Below are positions 40,961 to 51,225 of a stretch of DNA of 64,000 nucleotides, one piece after another. The DNA lies in the NCBI GenBank assembly GCA_963796275.1, contig CAWCKY010000006.1, forward strand, positions 2,496,001 through 2,560,000, written 5' to 3'. Source of the stretch: an uncultured Acidobacteriota bacterium. Lineage in GTDB: Bacteria > Acidobacteriota > Blastocatellia > RBC074. Positions within the stretch are counted from its first letter, which is position 1, and each line of letters starts with the position of its first letter. Below the pieces are notes generated by a model that ran no database searches, was not told the origin of the DNA, and worked only from the letters and a program-made list of their open reading frames with translations. The translations under genes and the position numbers were made by a program.

Positions 40961-41629
40961 GCAGTGGCATTGCTGGAGGTCAGCGATCCTCCAGCTAGCT
41001 CTGCAAGTACGAAAGGAGCGGCACAATCCAACTTCGATTGTGATGATAGAAGCCTAATGGACCGAGCTGAGTAATTTCGATAATGCCAGATTTCTTTGCC
41101 CGTTAGGCATTTGAAAATGGCCCAGCAATTTATTGTTAGGCTCGGGGGAAACAAGGCGATCCAAGTTGACTCTTGCAATCTCTTCAACTGTCCCTACGGA
41201 TTTGGTTGGCGTTGCTGCGGCATTGAAAGATTTCATTCCGAAATTCTCCCCGAGTTATTAGCCACATGGTGGGAATCTTTTGTTGAATACGCTCGCCCTC
41301 CTATCCACTGCCATAGCGCACAGAATGAAATTGCGCAGAATCCTGTTACAGCGAAATTTCTCTATCTCTGACCTTCCTTTAGGTTATGGCGGAAAAGAAG
41401 GCTTCAAAGGAGCATAAAGCGCGTGGTCATTCGGCAATCGCGCAATCTCATTTTAGCTTGCCACAATTTGAACGTGTAAGTCTGTGGGAGAGATCGACGA
41501 GGCTTAATGGAGGTTTTCCGACGAATGTGGTAATGCCCACATCACTTCGATGAGGCACCTTTGCTCTTGCTCGACTGTCGTTCGGGCGTATATTGACCAT
41601 CCACTCTACATTTTTCTGGAGGTCAAGGA

Positions 41630-43393
41630 ATGCCCACACAGCTCGCCCTTTCGTTCGACGCTGTCCCCGTCACCTGCGAAGTTCAACAACGCTATCATTC
41701 CATCGCCCCCTGCCTCGCCGGAATCGGCACTCCGGCCGAACAGGCACAAGCGCTCAATCTTGGTTACTCGACCGTCACTCGCTGGCTACGCGAATTTCGT
41801 GAAAAGGGCATGCTGGGACTCTTTCCGGAAACTCAGTTCCCGCGTGACCCCTACACTCCGGAGTGCGTCATCGTGCAGTCGATCTTTTTCAAATGCTGCG
41901 CGCCGAAAGCGGGCGACCGCGAACTGGCGCGTGTCGCTCACCACCTGACCGGACATCGGATTGATCACCATACCGTCAAAGCTCTCTGCGAACGCTTCTT
42001 CTTCTGGCGGCATCCTGAGTTTCAGCAGCTCGTCCGCTATCCGGTCCCAACTGATCCGCAGGCGCTGCGTCTGGAGGTGGTCCGACTAAGTCAGCAGGGC
42101 TGGACAGAGACCCGAACTGCCGAATTGCTGCGCACCTCACGCAAGACAGTTCGCAAATGGTTGCGCCGCGCACGACAGCAGGCGCAACAGAGTGACGGTT
42201 CACAGCCTCTGCTAATCGATCTGCCGCGCGCTCCTCACCACCCACGGCGCAAGGTCTATTTCGGGGCTATTCATGCCGTCCTCACGCTGCAAAAGAAATA
42301 CGGCTATGCTGGATGGTTCCGCATCAAGGGGTATCTGGAACAGGACTACGGCATCTATCTCAGCTCGACCACGATCAAGAAGATCATGGCACTTAATCGC
42401 CGCCTCCATCTGGCGCCGCAACGCCCCACGGTCATTGTTGAAGTACGCGATCCACGCGAGGGGCCGAAGAAAAGTCATCACCCGTTCGAGCACACTTACG
42501 TTGACTTGCGCTACCTCGACGCCAAGCCCGCCGGCGTACAACTCTATTCCTGTCTGCTGTTGGAAGGATTCTCCAGAACCATCCTCGCCGGCTCGCTCAC
42601 GCCGGAACAGGGGGTCGGTGTGGTCCTGCACGTCTATTTTCAGGCGCTGCTGCGCTGGGGACTTTGGAAAGAGTTGGTCTCTGATCACGGAGGCCAGTTC
42701 ATCAGCCACGATTTCGCGCGCGTCAATAAGCGGCTCGGCATTCACCACCACCTCTATGAAAAAGGTCACCCCTGGCAGAACCTGATTGAGAGCCAGTTCG
42801 GCATTCAAGCCCGAATCGGCGAATATCGTTGGGAACAATGCCAGAGCGTCGAGGCCGCAGTCGAATTTCATCGCGATCTGATCCGCGATCACAATCGCTT
42901 GCCGCACTGGGCGCATCGCCAGCGCAACGACGAGAAGCACTCGCCTCTGGCGGTTCTTGGAGAGGCAAGAGGCGCACGCATCGAACTTGCCGACCTGCAG
43001 CGGGCCTTCGGGCAGCGCTATTGTCAGCGGATGACCGACGCCCGCGGTTTCGTCAAGATCGGAGACTGGAAGATATATGTCGAAGATGGCTTACCTCGAA
43101 CTCCCGTGCAGCTTTCGTACTGGGATGGACGATTACGGGCTGAGTATCAGTCTCGGCTCCTGACGGAATATCAGTGCAAATGGACCAAGCAGTCTGCCCG
43201 CCCGACAGTCATTTCGCATCCGCAATATCACGCTCACCCGTTTCAGTCGAGACAGATGTCTCTCTTTGACCCGTTGTGGGTGCGAGACCCGATAGAACCT
43301 GAGAACCAAAAGACTCAAAGACCTGGGAGGAAACCAGCTGAAGCCAAACAGTTACGGCTGTATCTTGGGCCGGAGCTAATTAAATCCGCGTAG
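41630..43393 (+). mobile_element. DDE (rve/IS481-like) transposase with two HTH regions, 587 aa
   Basis: YSTVTRWLREF and SRKTVRKWLRR HTHs; TYVDLRYL / LVSDHGGQF / QNLIESQF DDE triad; GGAGG RBS; element ends not resolved. Confidence 0.88.
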
Positions 43394-43761
43394 GGTCTTG
43401 ACTCCACAATCTATTGGAATAGTACGCTCATTTGAAATTCCCCACTGCTGTAACCCATGTTGATGTCCACCGCACGGCCGACCGCCTGAAAATGAACGGG
43501 AACCCGATAACTGAATTCTGACAGCATCGCGCCCGTGAGGTTTTCAACATGTGCGCAATTATACATATAGCGCTATAACGGACAATAACCGGCGAGAGAC
43601 ATGCAAATTAGATGTTATGGATGTTGGCGCTCAAGCCCTTGAATGCGGGCCAACTAGCAGTCTACGTCTTTCTCAGAAACACGCCTGTTCATAGTGCGGC
43701 TCCCGGCCGTTGAAGCAGAGTTCCACATCAGCTCGATTCGGCGCGCAATGATGCGATGTGT

Positions 43762-44034
43762 TCATTCCTTGTTCGACGAACCGAATATATATGCGAGTGT
43801 AACCGGGCTTTTGTTAGCGGCGTTGAAAAACCATAGGAGCAGGAGGCCCGTACAGAACCCCGCGCCAATCCAGCGCAACAGCCCAGTCCCGAAGACGACC
43901 GTGGCATTGAAGAAAATGAAGATCAGAAAGCCGTGCCAGATCGCGGTCAGTAGTCGCGGACGTCTGCGGTAAGCTTCAGGCCACCCCCACCACCAGATAA
44001 CGTCTATCACCCAGCCCAGGACAGCTTTAGTCAT
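43762..44034 (-). pseudogene. Probable C-terminal fragment of a membrane protein
   Basis: WVIDVIWWW..YRRRPR..WHGFLIFIFFNATVVFG; hydrophobic and apparently N-terminally truncated. Confidence 0.45.
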
Positions 44035-44124
44035 TTCTTATCAAGCTTCTCCAGGAGCGCCCGTGAAAATCTTGACAGATTCATGATTTCCCTTATTATC
44101 GCGGCATAGATATTTGCGCAAATA

Positions 44125-44385
44125 CGCATATATTTTCTGTCCTGTTTGCTCATCGCGGGCTGGGCGGCGTGGGCGTCGCAATCAATCCTCGGGTGCATCT
44201 GGGACAGAGTTACAGATAGCGAGCATAAGCCCCTTACCGGCGCGTATCCCTTGTCATCGAAGAAGAAAAAATCGGAGCCGGGCCGCCAGTACGGGCGATA
44301 GCGGCGGATTCGTGTTGCCTGACGGCAGTTGCCGCGTGGAGACAAGTAACTCCGGCTACCAGAAGTCTGTGTGCACGGTAGACCG
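44125..44385 (+). pseudogene. Degraded N-terminus of an Oar-like TBDR
   Basis: RIYFLSCLLIAGWAAWASQSILGCIWDRVTDSEHKPLTGA, frameshift, TGDSGGFVLPDGSCRVETSNSGYQKSV; TTGACA-N16-TATTAT upstream (44072-44099). Confidence 0.55.
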
Positions 44386-44522
44386 GCTGATCAAAAAATC
44401 AGGAAATTGTCATCACGATTCAGCTGCTGCCCGAAATATTCACTGAGTACGGCCTGGCGGGATCGGGGGCTGGTGTGCGTAGAGGGCTGACGCTCAATCT
44501 CCTGGAGAAATTAACCATCCAT

Positions 44523-45941
44523 ATGAAGAAGCAGATGCGCCTGAACGCGTTGGACATGAACTGTGTAGGGTGTTGTCCTGGCCTGTGGCTTCACCCCGAG
44601 GATCAAACTATCCGCTACAACACGCTCGAATATTGGACGGAGATGGCCCTCGTGCTGGAGCGAGGCTTATTCGACTCGCTGTTTATTGCAGACATCTATG
44701 GCATCTACGACGTGTACGGAGGCAATCCGGAAGCAGCGTTCCGCAATGCCGTTGAATTTCCCGTAAACGATCCGTTCCTGTTAGTTCCGGCGATGGCTAT
44801 GGTCACTAATCATCTTTCATTCGGCATCACGGGCACGGTGACTTATGAGCCGCCGTACAGTTTCGCGCGGAGACTTTCCACACTCGACCATCTGACCAAC
44901 GGGAGGATCGCCTGGAACATCGTGACCGGCTATCTGGAGAGCGCGGCTAAAGCCTTCGGCCAACACGAACAGCTCCCGCACGATGAGCGATATGCATTGG
45001 CGAACGAATATATGGAGGTGGTCTATAAGCTTTGGGAGGGAAGCTGGGAAGACGGTGCTGTCCTGCGCGACAAAGTAAACCGGATATTTGCCAGGCCTGA
45101 GAAGATTCATAAAGTCCGTCATCAGGGGAAATATTTTCGAATGGAGGCCTACCACATCTGCGAGCCTTCGCCGCAGCGCACGCCCGTGCTGTTTCAAGCG
45201 GGCGCTTCTTCCAAGGGCCGGCAGTTCGCCGCTCAGCACGCGGAGTGTGTCTTCGTCTCCGGCCCGAACCGGAAAATAGTGGCCGGCATCGTATCAGACA
45301 TACGGAAACGCGCTGCGGAGCATGGACGCGATCCTAACAGTCTGATCATCTTCGCCGGAGTTGGGGTGATCACGGGACAGACGGATGCGGAGGCGCAAGC
45401 CAAACTGGCAGATTATCGCAAGCACGTCAGCATCGAAGGCGCACTGGCTCTATTTGGCGGCTACATGGGAATCGACTTTGCCAAATACGATCTGGATCAG
45501 ACGCTTGAGTATGTAGAGATCGACGCCATTCAGACGTTTATGGAGAGTTTTACCAAGGCCGATCCCACCCGCCGGTGGACGCTGCGTGAGATCGCCGAGT
45601 ATTTGAACACTGGGAGAACCACGCTGGTAGGCTCTCCGTCGACTGTGGCAGACGAACTCATCGACTGGATGGACGAAACCGGAGTGGATGGCTTCAATAT
45701 CCGTTATCTCGTCAGTCCAGGCGACATTATCGCTTTCGTAGACCTGGTTGTTCCCGAGTTACAGCGCCGCGGCGTTTATAAGACCAGCTACGAGGAAGGC
45801 ACGTTCAGGGAAAAGCTGTACGGAAAGGGGCGGAATTACCTTCCCGATGACCACCCGGCGGCGAATTACCGGTATGGCCACCCGAAGTTCGATTCCTCGG
45901 CAGTTTCGACTGAGAGAGCAAAAGCCCCTAGCCACCGATAG
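44523..45941 (+). CDS. NtaA/DszA/DmoA-family FMNH2-dependent monooxygenase
   Basis: LERGLFDSLFIAD, NDP, FARRLSTLDHLTNGRIAWNIVT, HDERY, EPSPQRTPVLFQAG, VVPELQRRG. Confidence 0.93.
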   Translation: MKKQMRLNALDMNCVGCCPGLWLHPEDQTIRYNTLEYWTEMALVLERGLFDSLFIADIYGIYDVYGGNPEAAFRNAVEFPVNDPFLLVPAMAMVTNHLSFGITGTVTYEPPYSFARRLSTLDHLTNGRIAWNIVTGYLESAAKAFGQHEQLPHDERYALANEYMEVVYKLWEGSWEDGAVLRDKVNRIFARPEKIHKVRHQGKYFRMEAYHICEPSPQRTPVLFQAGASSKGRQFAAQHAECVFVSGPNRKIVAGIVSDIRKRAAEHGRDPNSLIIFAGVGVITGQTDAEAQAKLADYRKHVSIEGALALFGGYMGIDFAKYDLDQTLEYVEIDAIQTFMESFTKADPTRRWTLREIAEYLNTGRTTLVGSPSTVADELIDWMDETGVDGFNIRYLVSPGDIIAFVDLVVPELQRRGVYKTSYEEGTFREKLYGKGRNYLPDDHPAANYRYGHPKFDSSAVSTERAKAPSHR

Positions 45942-46108
45942 GCCTGTGAGCACGAGCGAAGGGAAACGATCTGGAAGCGATCATTCGATGCGACAGATTC
46001 CATGAAGAAATATCGATGAATACGGGCCACTCGAATCGATCCAGCGAAATTCAGAAGATAAAGCGGTGCCGCATACCGATTCATTCAAACCTATAGAGGA
46101 GAATTGTC

Positions 46109-49100
46109 TTGAATAATCTACGACGGGGCTCGATCCTCATCGCATGCTTGCTCTCACTGACTCGCCTTGCATCTGCTCAAGGTTCAGGCGTTGTTGTCGG
46201 AACCATTACTGACAGCACCGGTAACGTAGTACCACGCGCGAAGGTTGTAGCGGTCAATCTCAGTACCTTGATCGAGAGAACTACAGTGGCTACCGACGCA
46301 GGAGAATTTCAGATTCCGGGACTCCCGGCCGGAAACTACACAATCGAAGTCTCTCACTCCGGTTTCAAGGCGCTGAAGAGCTCCGAGCTCGCCGTCAACG
46401 TAGGACAGGAACGACGCGTCAATCTGACTCTCGAGGTTGGCGCCGTGAGTGAGACCGTCACCGTGCAGGCAACCGCGGCTGCAGCAGTAACTGAAACGGC
46501 AACGCTCTCAACAGTCGTGGATCAGAGAAGCATCGTCGATCTCCCGCTCAATGGCAGGCAATTGCAGAATCTGGCGCTGCTGGTGCCTGGTGTGACCGCC
46601 AGTTGGCGGAGAACAACGGCAGCAGACCGTTACGCCAAGGCACGAGAGGGCCTATCGGGTGCATTCGTCGTGAATGGCGCTCGCCCACGGTCCAACGATT
46701 TCATTCTCGATGGCGTGCCGATGAACCTGCTGCAGTATGGAGTGGTAAATTTCATTCCATCGAACGAAGCCGTCCAGGAATTCGAGATCAAGACCAGCGT
46801 TCCCCAAGCAGAATATGGCAGGGCGATGGGCTCCACGGTGAACATGGTCACGCGCGGCGGTACCAACGGTTATCATGGGAGTCTCTACGAGTTCTTCCGC
46901 AATGACTGGATGGACGCCAATAATACCTTTAACAAACGGAGCAATGTCGGACGCGGCGTGCTTCGGCAGAACCAGTTCGGTGGATCGTTTGGCGGCCCTA
47001 TCGTTCGGAACAAACATTTCTTCTTCGCTAACACAGAACTTACGCGTATCGTGGAGGGGGTGGAATCACGCCTCACCAGCGTGCCCACTCCCGCCGAGAA
47101 GGCAGGCATGATTGAGTACGCTGACGCGGCCGGAACGCGCCAGGTCCTCGATCTTTCTGGACGCATAACACCGCTATCGGCCAGGCTGCTGCAGTTCTAT
47201 CCGCTGCCGAATGTTTCCACGACCACCGGATTCAACTACAACGCGCCGCAAACGATCTTGCTCAATGATTACCAGGTGCATGCTCGCACCGACCATCACC
47301 TTACCGACCGAGATACGGTGATGGCTCGTGTCTCGTGGAATCTGAACGACCAGGATTATCTGATCTATCGTTTTGGCGGCCCGTTCGTTCCCGGATTCAA
47401 TTTGCCGAATCCGGAGACTACTTCCAACGGAACTGTGGGCCACCTGCATACCTTCGGCACGAACATGGTGAACGAGTTGCGTGTTGGGTGGACGCGCTAC
47501 TCCAACGATCTCGGAAATGGGGACCAGACCAGCGCGACCGAAATCGGCCTTCCCAACGGCTATGATATCGCACCAGGTATACCTGCCATTAACTTCCTGG
47601 CTGGCGGCATTGCCGACATAGGCGGGCGAAGCCTGTACGGGAGCCGCTGGCAGAACGAGACATCGGGCCTGCTCTCGGATACGCTCAGTTGGAGCCGAGG
47701 CCGTCACAATTTCAAAACGGGCGGCCAGGTCGCTCGCTATCACCTCAATACCCGGGGCGCCATCAATCAGCGCGGCACAGTCGAGTTTGACGGTTCGCGG
47801 AATAGCCTGATTCCAGCGACTACGGCCAATGCCCGCGCGAATACGCTGGCTGATCTGCTGCTCGGGCTGCCCGTTCGCGCATCCATCACGATCGGCGAGT
47901 TCGGACGCGGGTACCGGCAATGGGCATACGCTGGGTTTATTCAAGATGGCTGGCGCGCGACGTCAAAACTGACGGTGAATCTCGGTCTCCGATACGAAAA
48001 CAACGTGCCCTGGACGGAAGTGAATGGAAAACTCACCAACCTGGTTCCCGGCGGCTCGCTCGAGGTGGTGGGCAGCTCTGCCTTGAAGAACTTCTATCAA
48101 CCCGATCGCAACAATTTCGGTCCTCGCGTGGGACTGGCGTACGATCTTTCCGGCAACGGCAAAACCGTAATCAGGGCCGGATTCGGGATGGTCTACGAAA
48201 CTCTGCAACAAACGAACTCGGTGCAGCCCGTGGAAAACAATCCGCCGTATTCGCTGCCCGCCGTGGTTCGTCTGCCGGCGCCGTTCTCTACGACCGGCGC
48301 GCCATCGACCACGCTGCTCGATCTCCGAACTTCGGCGCAGCCCTCTCGCGCGATCGCAGTGGTCGGTGTAGATGATTTCCGCAATCCCTACGCGATGCAG
48401 ACCAACTTCTCGATCCAGCGCATGCTGACGCCGCAGTTGCTCATGGAAGTGGGATACGCCGGAACGCGAGGCGTGAGGCTGCCGGTCTTCACCGATTTGA
48501 ACCAGGCGCCGCTCGAAAGGCTGACCCCGGCGCAGCGCAACTCGATTGCCGCCGAGATTGCCGCGGGACGCGACACAACGCCGATTCTGTCGCAACTTCG
48601 TCCTTATCCCCAATACGACTCCATCACCTTCAGTTCGAACGCCGCGTCGTCCACTTACCACAGTCTGCAGCTGAAGTTGGAGAAGCGATTCGGTACCGGG
48701 CCGATGCTTCTCGGGTCCTACACATTCGGAAAATCGATCGACAACGCAAGCGACCACGCATCGACTGATTCCTCGGAGATGGTCCTGGACTCGAATAATC
48801 TGGCGCATCAGCGAGGGCTTTCGAGCTTCGATATCGAGCATCGGTTTAGCCTCGCTTTTAACTACGATCTTCCCTTCAAACAGTTTCTTCCCGGACCGAA
48901 GGGACTCCTCGACGGTTGGCAGGTCAACGGCATCATTTCCCTGCAGACCGGCCAGCCGCTCACGCCGTTCGTGAACACGCTCGACCCATACCGCAACGAA
49001 TCCTTCAACCGGCCCAACCTGATCGGCGATCCGAATGCCAACGTTCCCGCGGGCTATGCCTTTAACCCGGCGGCATTCCAACTTGCCGCCCCGGGGACAT

Positions 49101-49339
49101 TCGGAAACGCGGGGCGGAATATCGTTCGAGGCGACGGTTTCCGCAGCGTGGACATGTCACTGTTCAAGAACATTCGGATCAGCGAACGGATTGGTTTGCA
49201 GATGCGATTCGAATCGGTGAACAGCTTCAACCATACGAACTTTCAGGCGCCGGTTACGAATCTTGCGGCGAATGCGGGGTTGTATATCGCTGCCGCCCAA
49301 CCGAGGATATTGCAACTGGGATGTAAGCTATCTTTCTAG
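46109..49339 (+). CDS. Oar-like TonB-dependent receptor, 1076 aa
   Basis: GAGGAG RBS, TTG start, DLPLNGR, YEFFRND, DRNNFGPRVG, PRILQLGCKLSF. Confidence 0.95.
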   Translation: MNNLRRGSILIACLLSLTRLASAQGSGVVVGTITDSTGNVVPRAKVVAVNLSTLIERTTVATDAGEFQIPGLPAGNYTIEVSHSGFKALKSSELAVNVGQERRVNLTLEVGAVSETVTVQATAAAAVTETATLSTVVDQRSIVDLPLNGRQLQNLALLVPGVTASWRRTTAADRYAKAREGLSGAFVVNGARPRSNDFILDGVPMNLLQYGVVNFIPSNEAVQEFEIKTSVPQAEYGRAMGSTVNMVTRGGTNGYHGSLYEFFRNDWMDANNTFNKRSNVGRGVLRQNQFGGSFGGPIVRNKHFFFANTELTRIVEGVESRLTSVPTPAEKAGMIEYADAAGTRQVLDLSGRITPLSARLLQFYPLPNVSTTTGFNYNAPQTILLNDYQVHARTDHHLTDRDTVMARVSWNLNDQDYLIYRFGGPFVPGFNLPNPETTSNGTVGHLHTFGTNMVNELRVGWTRYSNDLGNGDQTSATEIGLPNGYDIAPGIPAINFLAGGIADIGGRSLYGSRWQNETSGLLSDTLSWSRGRHNFKTGGQVARYHLNTRGAINQRGTVEFDGSRNSLIPATTANARANTLADLLLGLPVRASITIGEFGRGYRQWAYAGFIQDGWRATSKLTVNLGLRYENNVPWTEVNGKLTNLVPGGSLEVVGSSALKNFYQPDRNNFGPRVGLAYDLSGNGKTVIRAGFGMVYETLQQTNSVQPVENNPPYSLPAVVRLPAPFSTTGAPSTTLLDLRTSAQPSRAIAVVGVDDFRNPYAMQTNFSIQRMLTPQLLMEVGYAGTRGVRLPVFTDLNQAPLERLTPAQRNSIAAEIAAGRDTTPILSQLRPYPQYDSITFSSNAASSTYHSLQLKLEKRFGTGPMLLGSYTFGKSIDNASDHASTDSSEMVLDSNNLAHQRGLSSFDIEHRFSLAFNYDLPFKQFLPGPKGLLDGWQVNGIISLQTGQPLTPFVNTLDPYRNESFNRPNLIGDPNANVPAGYAFNPAAFQLAAPGTFGNAGRNIVRGDGFRSVDMSLFKNIRISERIGLQMRFESVNSFNHTNFQAPVTNLAANAGLYIAAAQPRILQLGCKLSF

Positions 49340-49556
49340 TCGCTGGAGCGCGATGACTCGATGACATTGAACAAACTTTGGGAGACTGTGGTGGTGGACA
49401 TGCCGGCGAAAACGAGACGGCATTTCTGAGCTATGCCACGCTCTTTCAAAGCGGATATCCGCATCGAAGTTGGCGCGGCTCGTTCGCCGGAATAATCAAT
49501 CGACTCGCGTACGAATTGCCGAAAGGGAAGAGGCCATTGGAGGCCATCCGTCAAAT

Positions 49557-49973
49557 TTAAGCTTTCTTTGCCTCGCTCAACGAAAACCAGTTGCCAGAAT
49601 CGTCTTCAAAGACGGCATTGAAGCCGTAAAACTCTTTTGTAGGTTCCTTGGTAAATTTCACGCCTTTTGCTTTCAGCTCTTCGTAGGTCGCGAGCATGTC
49701 GTCGCATTCGAACACGGCAAATCCAAACGTGTTTTTCTTCACCAGTTCGCGCATGATCGCCGCCGATTCCGCGTTAAACATCATCTTGTCGTCGATCGCC
49801 ATCAGGGTGATCTCAAGGTCAGGCTGCTCCGGCGGATTGACCGTCAGCCAGCGGCCTTTCGGACCCATCTCGGCATCGGTGTTCACTTTGAACCCGAGCT
49901 TGTTTACATAAAAATCGTAGGCGCTCTTCTGGTCCAGCACAAAGATCGAAAAATGGTTCGCTTTAGTTATCAT
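49557..49973 (-). CDS. VOC/glyoxalase family protein
   Basis: HFSIFVLDQKSAYDFYVNKLGF..RWLTV..YEELKAKGVKF..FEDDSGNWFSL; GGAGG RBS. Confidence 0.9.
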   Translation of the reverse strand: MITKANHFSIFVLDQKSAYDFYVNKLGFKVNTDAEMGPKGRWLTVNPPEQPDLEITLMAIDDKMMFNAESAAIMRELVKKNTFGFAVFECDDMLATYEELKAKGVKFTKEPTKEFYGFNAVFEDDSGNWFSLSEAKKA

Positions 49974-50259
49974 TTCTTCTTCCTCCAAGACTGTGATGTT
50001 GGAAGAATACAGGGAAGGGAACCGGCGTGCTTCTCGAAAATTGCTATTCTCGTATTGCGCCCTGCAAAAAACTCCCCTCCTTGTCAAAGAGGGGCGGCAC
50101 GATGAAGCCATGGCGAGGTGGTCACTGCTTTGTCAGAAACAACTGGGTAGGTCTTGCGCGGCCATCCATTCACGACTTGTTGCTTTCGTGCTTTATCATG
50201 TGATGCATCGTTAAAACCGGTTCGGCTTTCTCACGAATCAAACTAAATACACAAAAGAC

Positions 50260-50676
50260 TCACTGAAAACGCATCGCAAAACATCCCGGAATGAACCTTA
50301 GCGGTTCTTTACTGATCTCAGCTTTGCGTTCGAGCTGCTGCCGTTGGTATTCGGAAGGCGTCACACCGGTACGGCGTTTAAAGAGCGAGGTGAAACTCCC
50401 CAGGCTGTCAAACCCCACCGCAAAGCACGCCTCCGTCACCGACACTTCCCGTTCCAGCAGTTCCTTGGCCCGCTCGATGCGCACATGCGTCAGGTATTGA
50501 TGTGGCGTCCGCCCATAGATGCTTTTGAACGTGCGGATAAAATGAAACTTCGAGTAACACGCCTCATCCGCGATCTCTCTCGCATCGATCCGCTCGGAAT
50601 AATTGCTGTCTATGAACAGCTTCGCCTGCACGATCCGGCGATAAAGATCTAATTTCGGCAAGTTTTCTGGTGACAT
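50260..50676 (-). CDS. Short AraC-family regulator (commonly paired with VOC genes)
   Basis: AKLFIDSNY..SKFHFIRTFK..TPHQYL..SVTEACFAVGFDSLGSFTSLFK..FIPGCF. Confidence 0.92.
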   Translation of the reverse strand: MSPENLPKLDLYRRIVQAKLFIDSNYSERIDAREIADEACYSKFHFIRTFKSIYGRTPHQYLTHVRIERAKELLEREVSVTEACFAVGFDSLGSFTSLFKRRTGVTPSEYQRQQLERKAEISKEPLRFIPGCFAMRFQ

Positions 50677-50782
50677 TTCTCAATAGACTACTTCAATTCA
50701 ATCAGTTGACCAAGGTATGAACAAAATGGGATCCCCCAAATCGCTTAAAGAATAACGGTTCGATCAATGTCCCTTGTTCATC

Positions 50783-51045
50783 AATTAACTGAAGACTGTG
50801 CAAATAAAAAGTTAAATGGAATCAGCATTTTCTGATCTGAGCGCCAGAGGCGCGGGATGTTTATAGATTCGATCACCAAAGTTCTCACGAGCTCCGGAGG
50901 AGCGACAGGTAGGCATTTATATGTCGCTCCTCCGGAGCTCAGGTTATGGTTAGAATCGTGAGCTATAGACATTACGCGCCTCCGGCGCTGAGATGCGAGA
51001 CTATTGATTCTGTTGGATTTTAATTTGCACAAGCTTCAATTAACT
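50783..51045. mobile_element. 247-bp MITE (50791-51037) with terminal inverted repeats and 8-bp target-site duplication
   Basis: AATTAACT at 50783-50790 and 51038-51045; ends GAAGACTGTGCAAATAAAAA / (rc) GAAGCTTGTGCAAATTAAAA; internal perfect 19-bp IR at 50889-50907 / 50922-50940. Confidence 0.8.
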
Positions 51046-51144
51046 CTTCACGTCCTGCCGTCCTGCCAGGCAGCGAAGCACTCCAATCTATTTTTAGATA
51101 ACTTCCAGGTACTGCTCTCATATGTCCTCTACCAAGCAAAAGCT

Positions 51145-51219
51145 GTCTAACGTGGCATCAACGGCGTTCACGAAGAAAAGACACGTTAATTGCGCATACG
51201 CTGCATGCCATTCTTAGGT
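51145..51219 (-). other. Degenerate integron attC site
   Basis: Minus strand ACCTAAG-AATGGCATGCAGCG....CGTTGATGCCAC-GTTAGAC just after the 51226 stop; GTTRRRY core intact. Confidence 0.65.
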
Positions 51220-51225
51220 CGCAGC

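Noticed and set aside
41095-41205. Degenerate REP-like fragments upstream of the transposase as IS ends
   Set aside because: No matching counterpart found downstream of 43393
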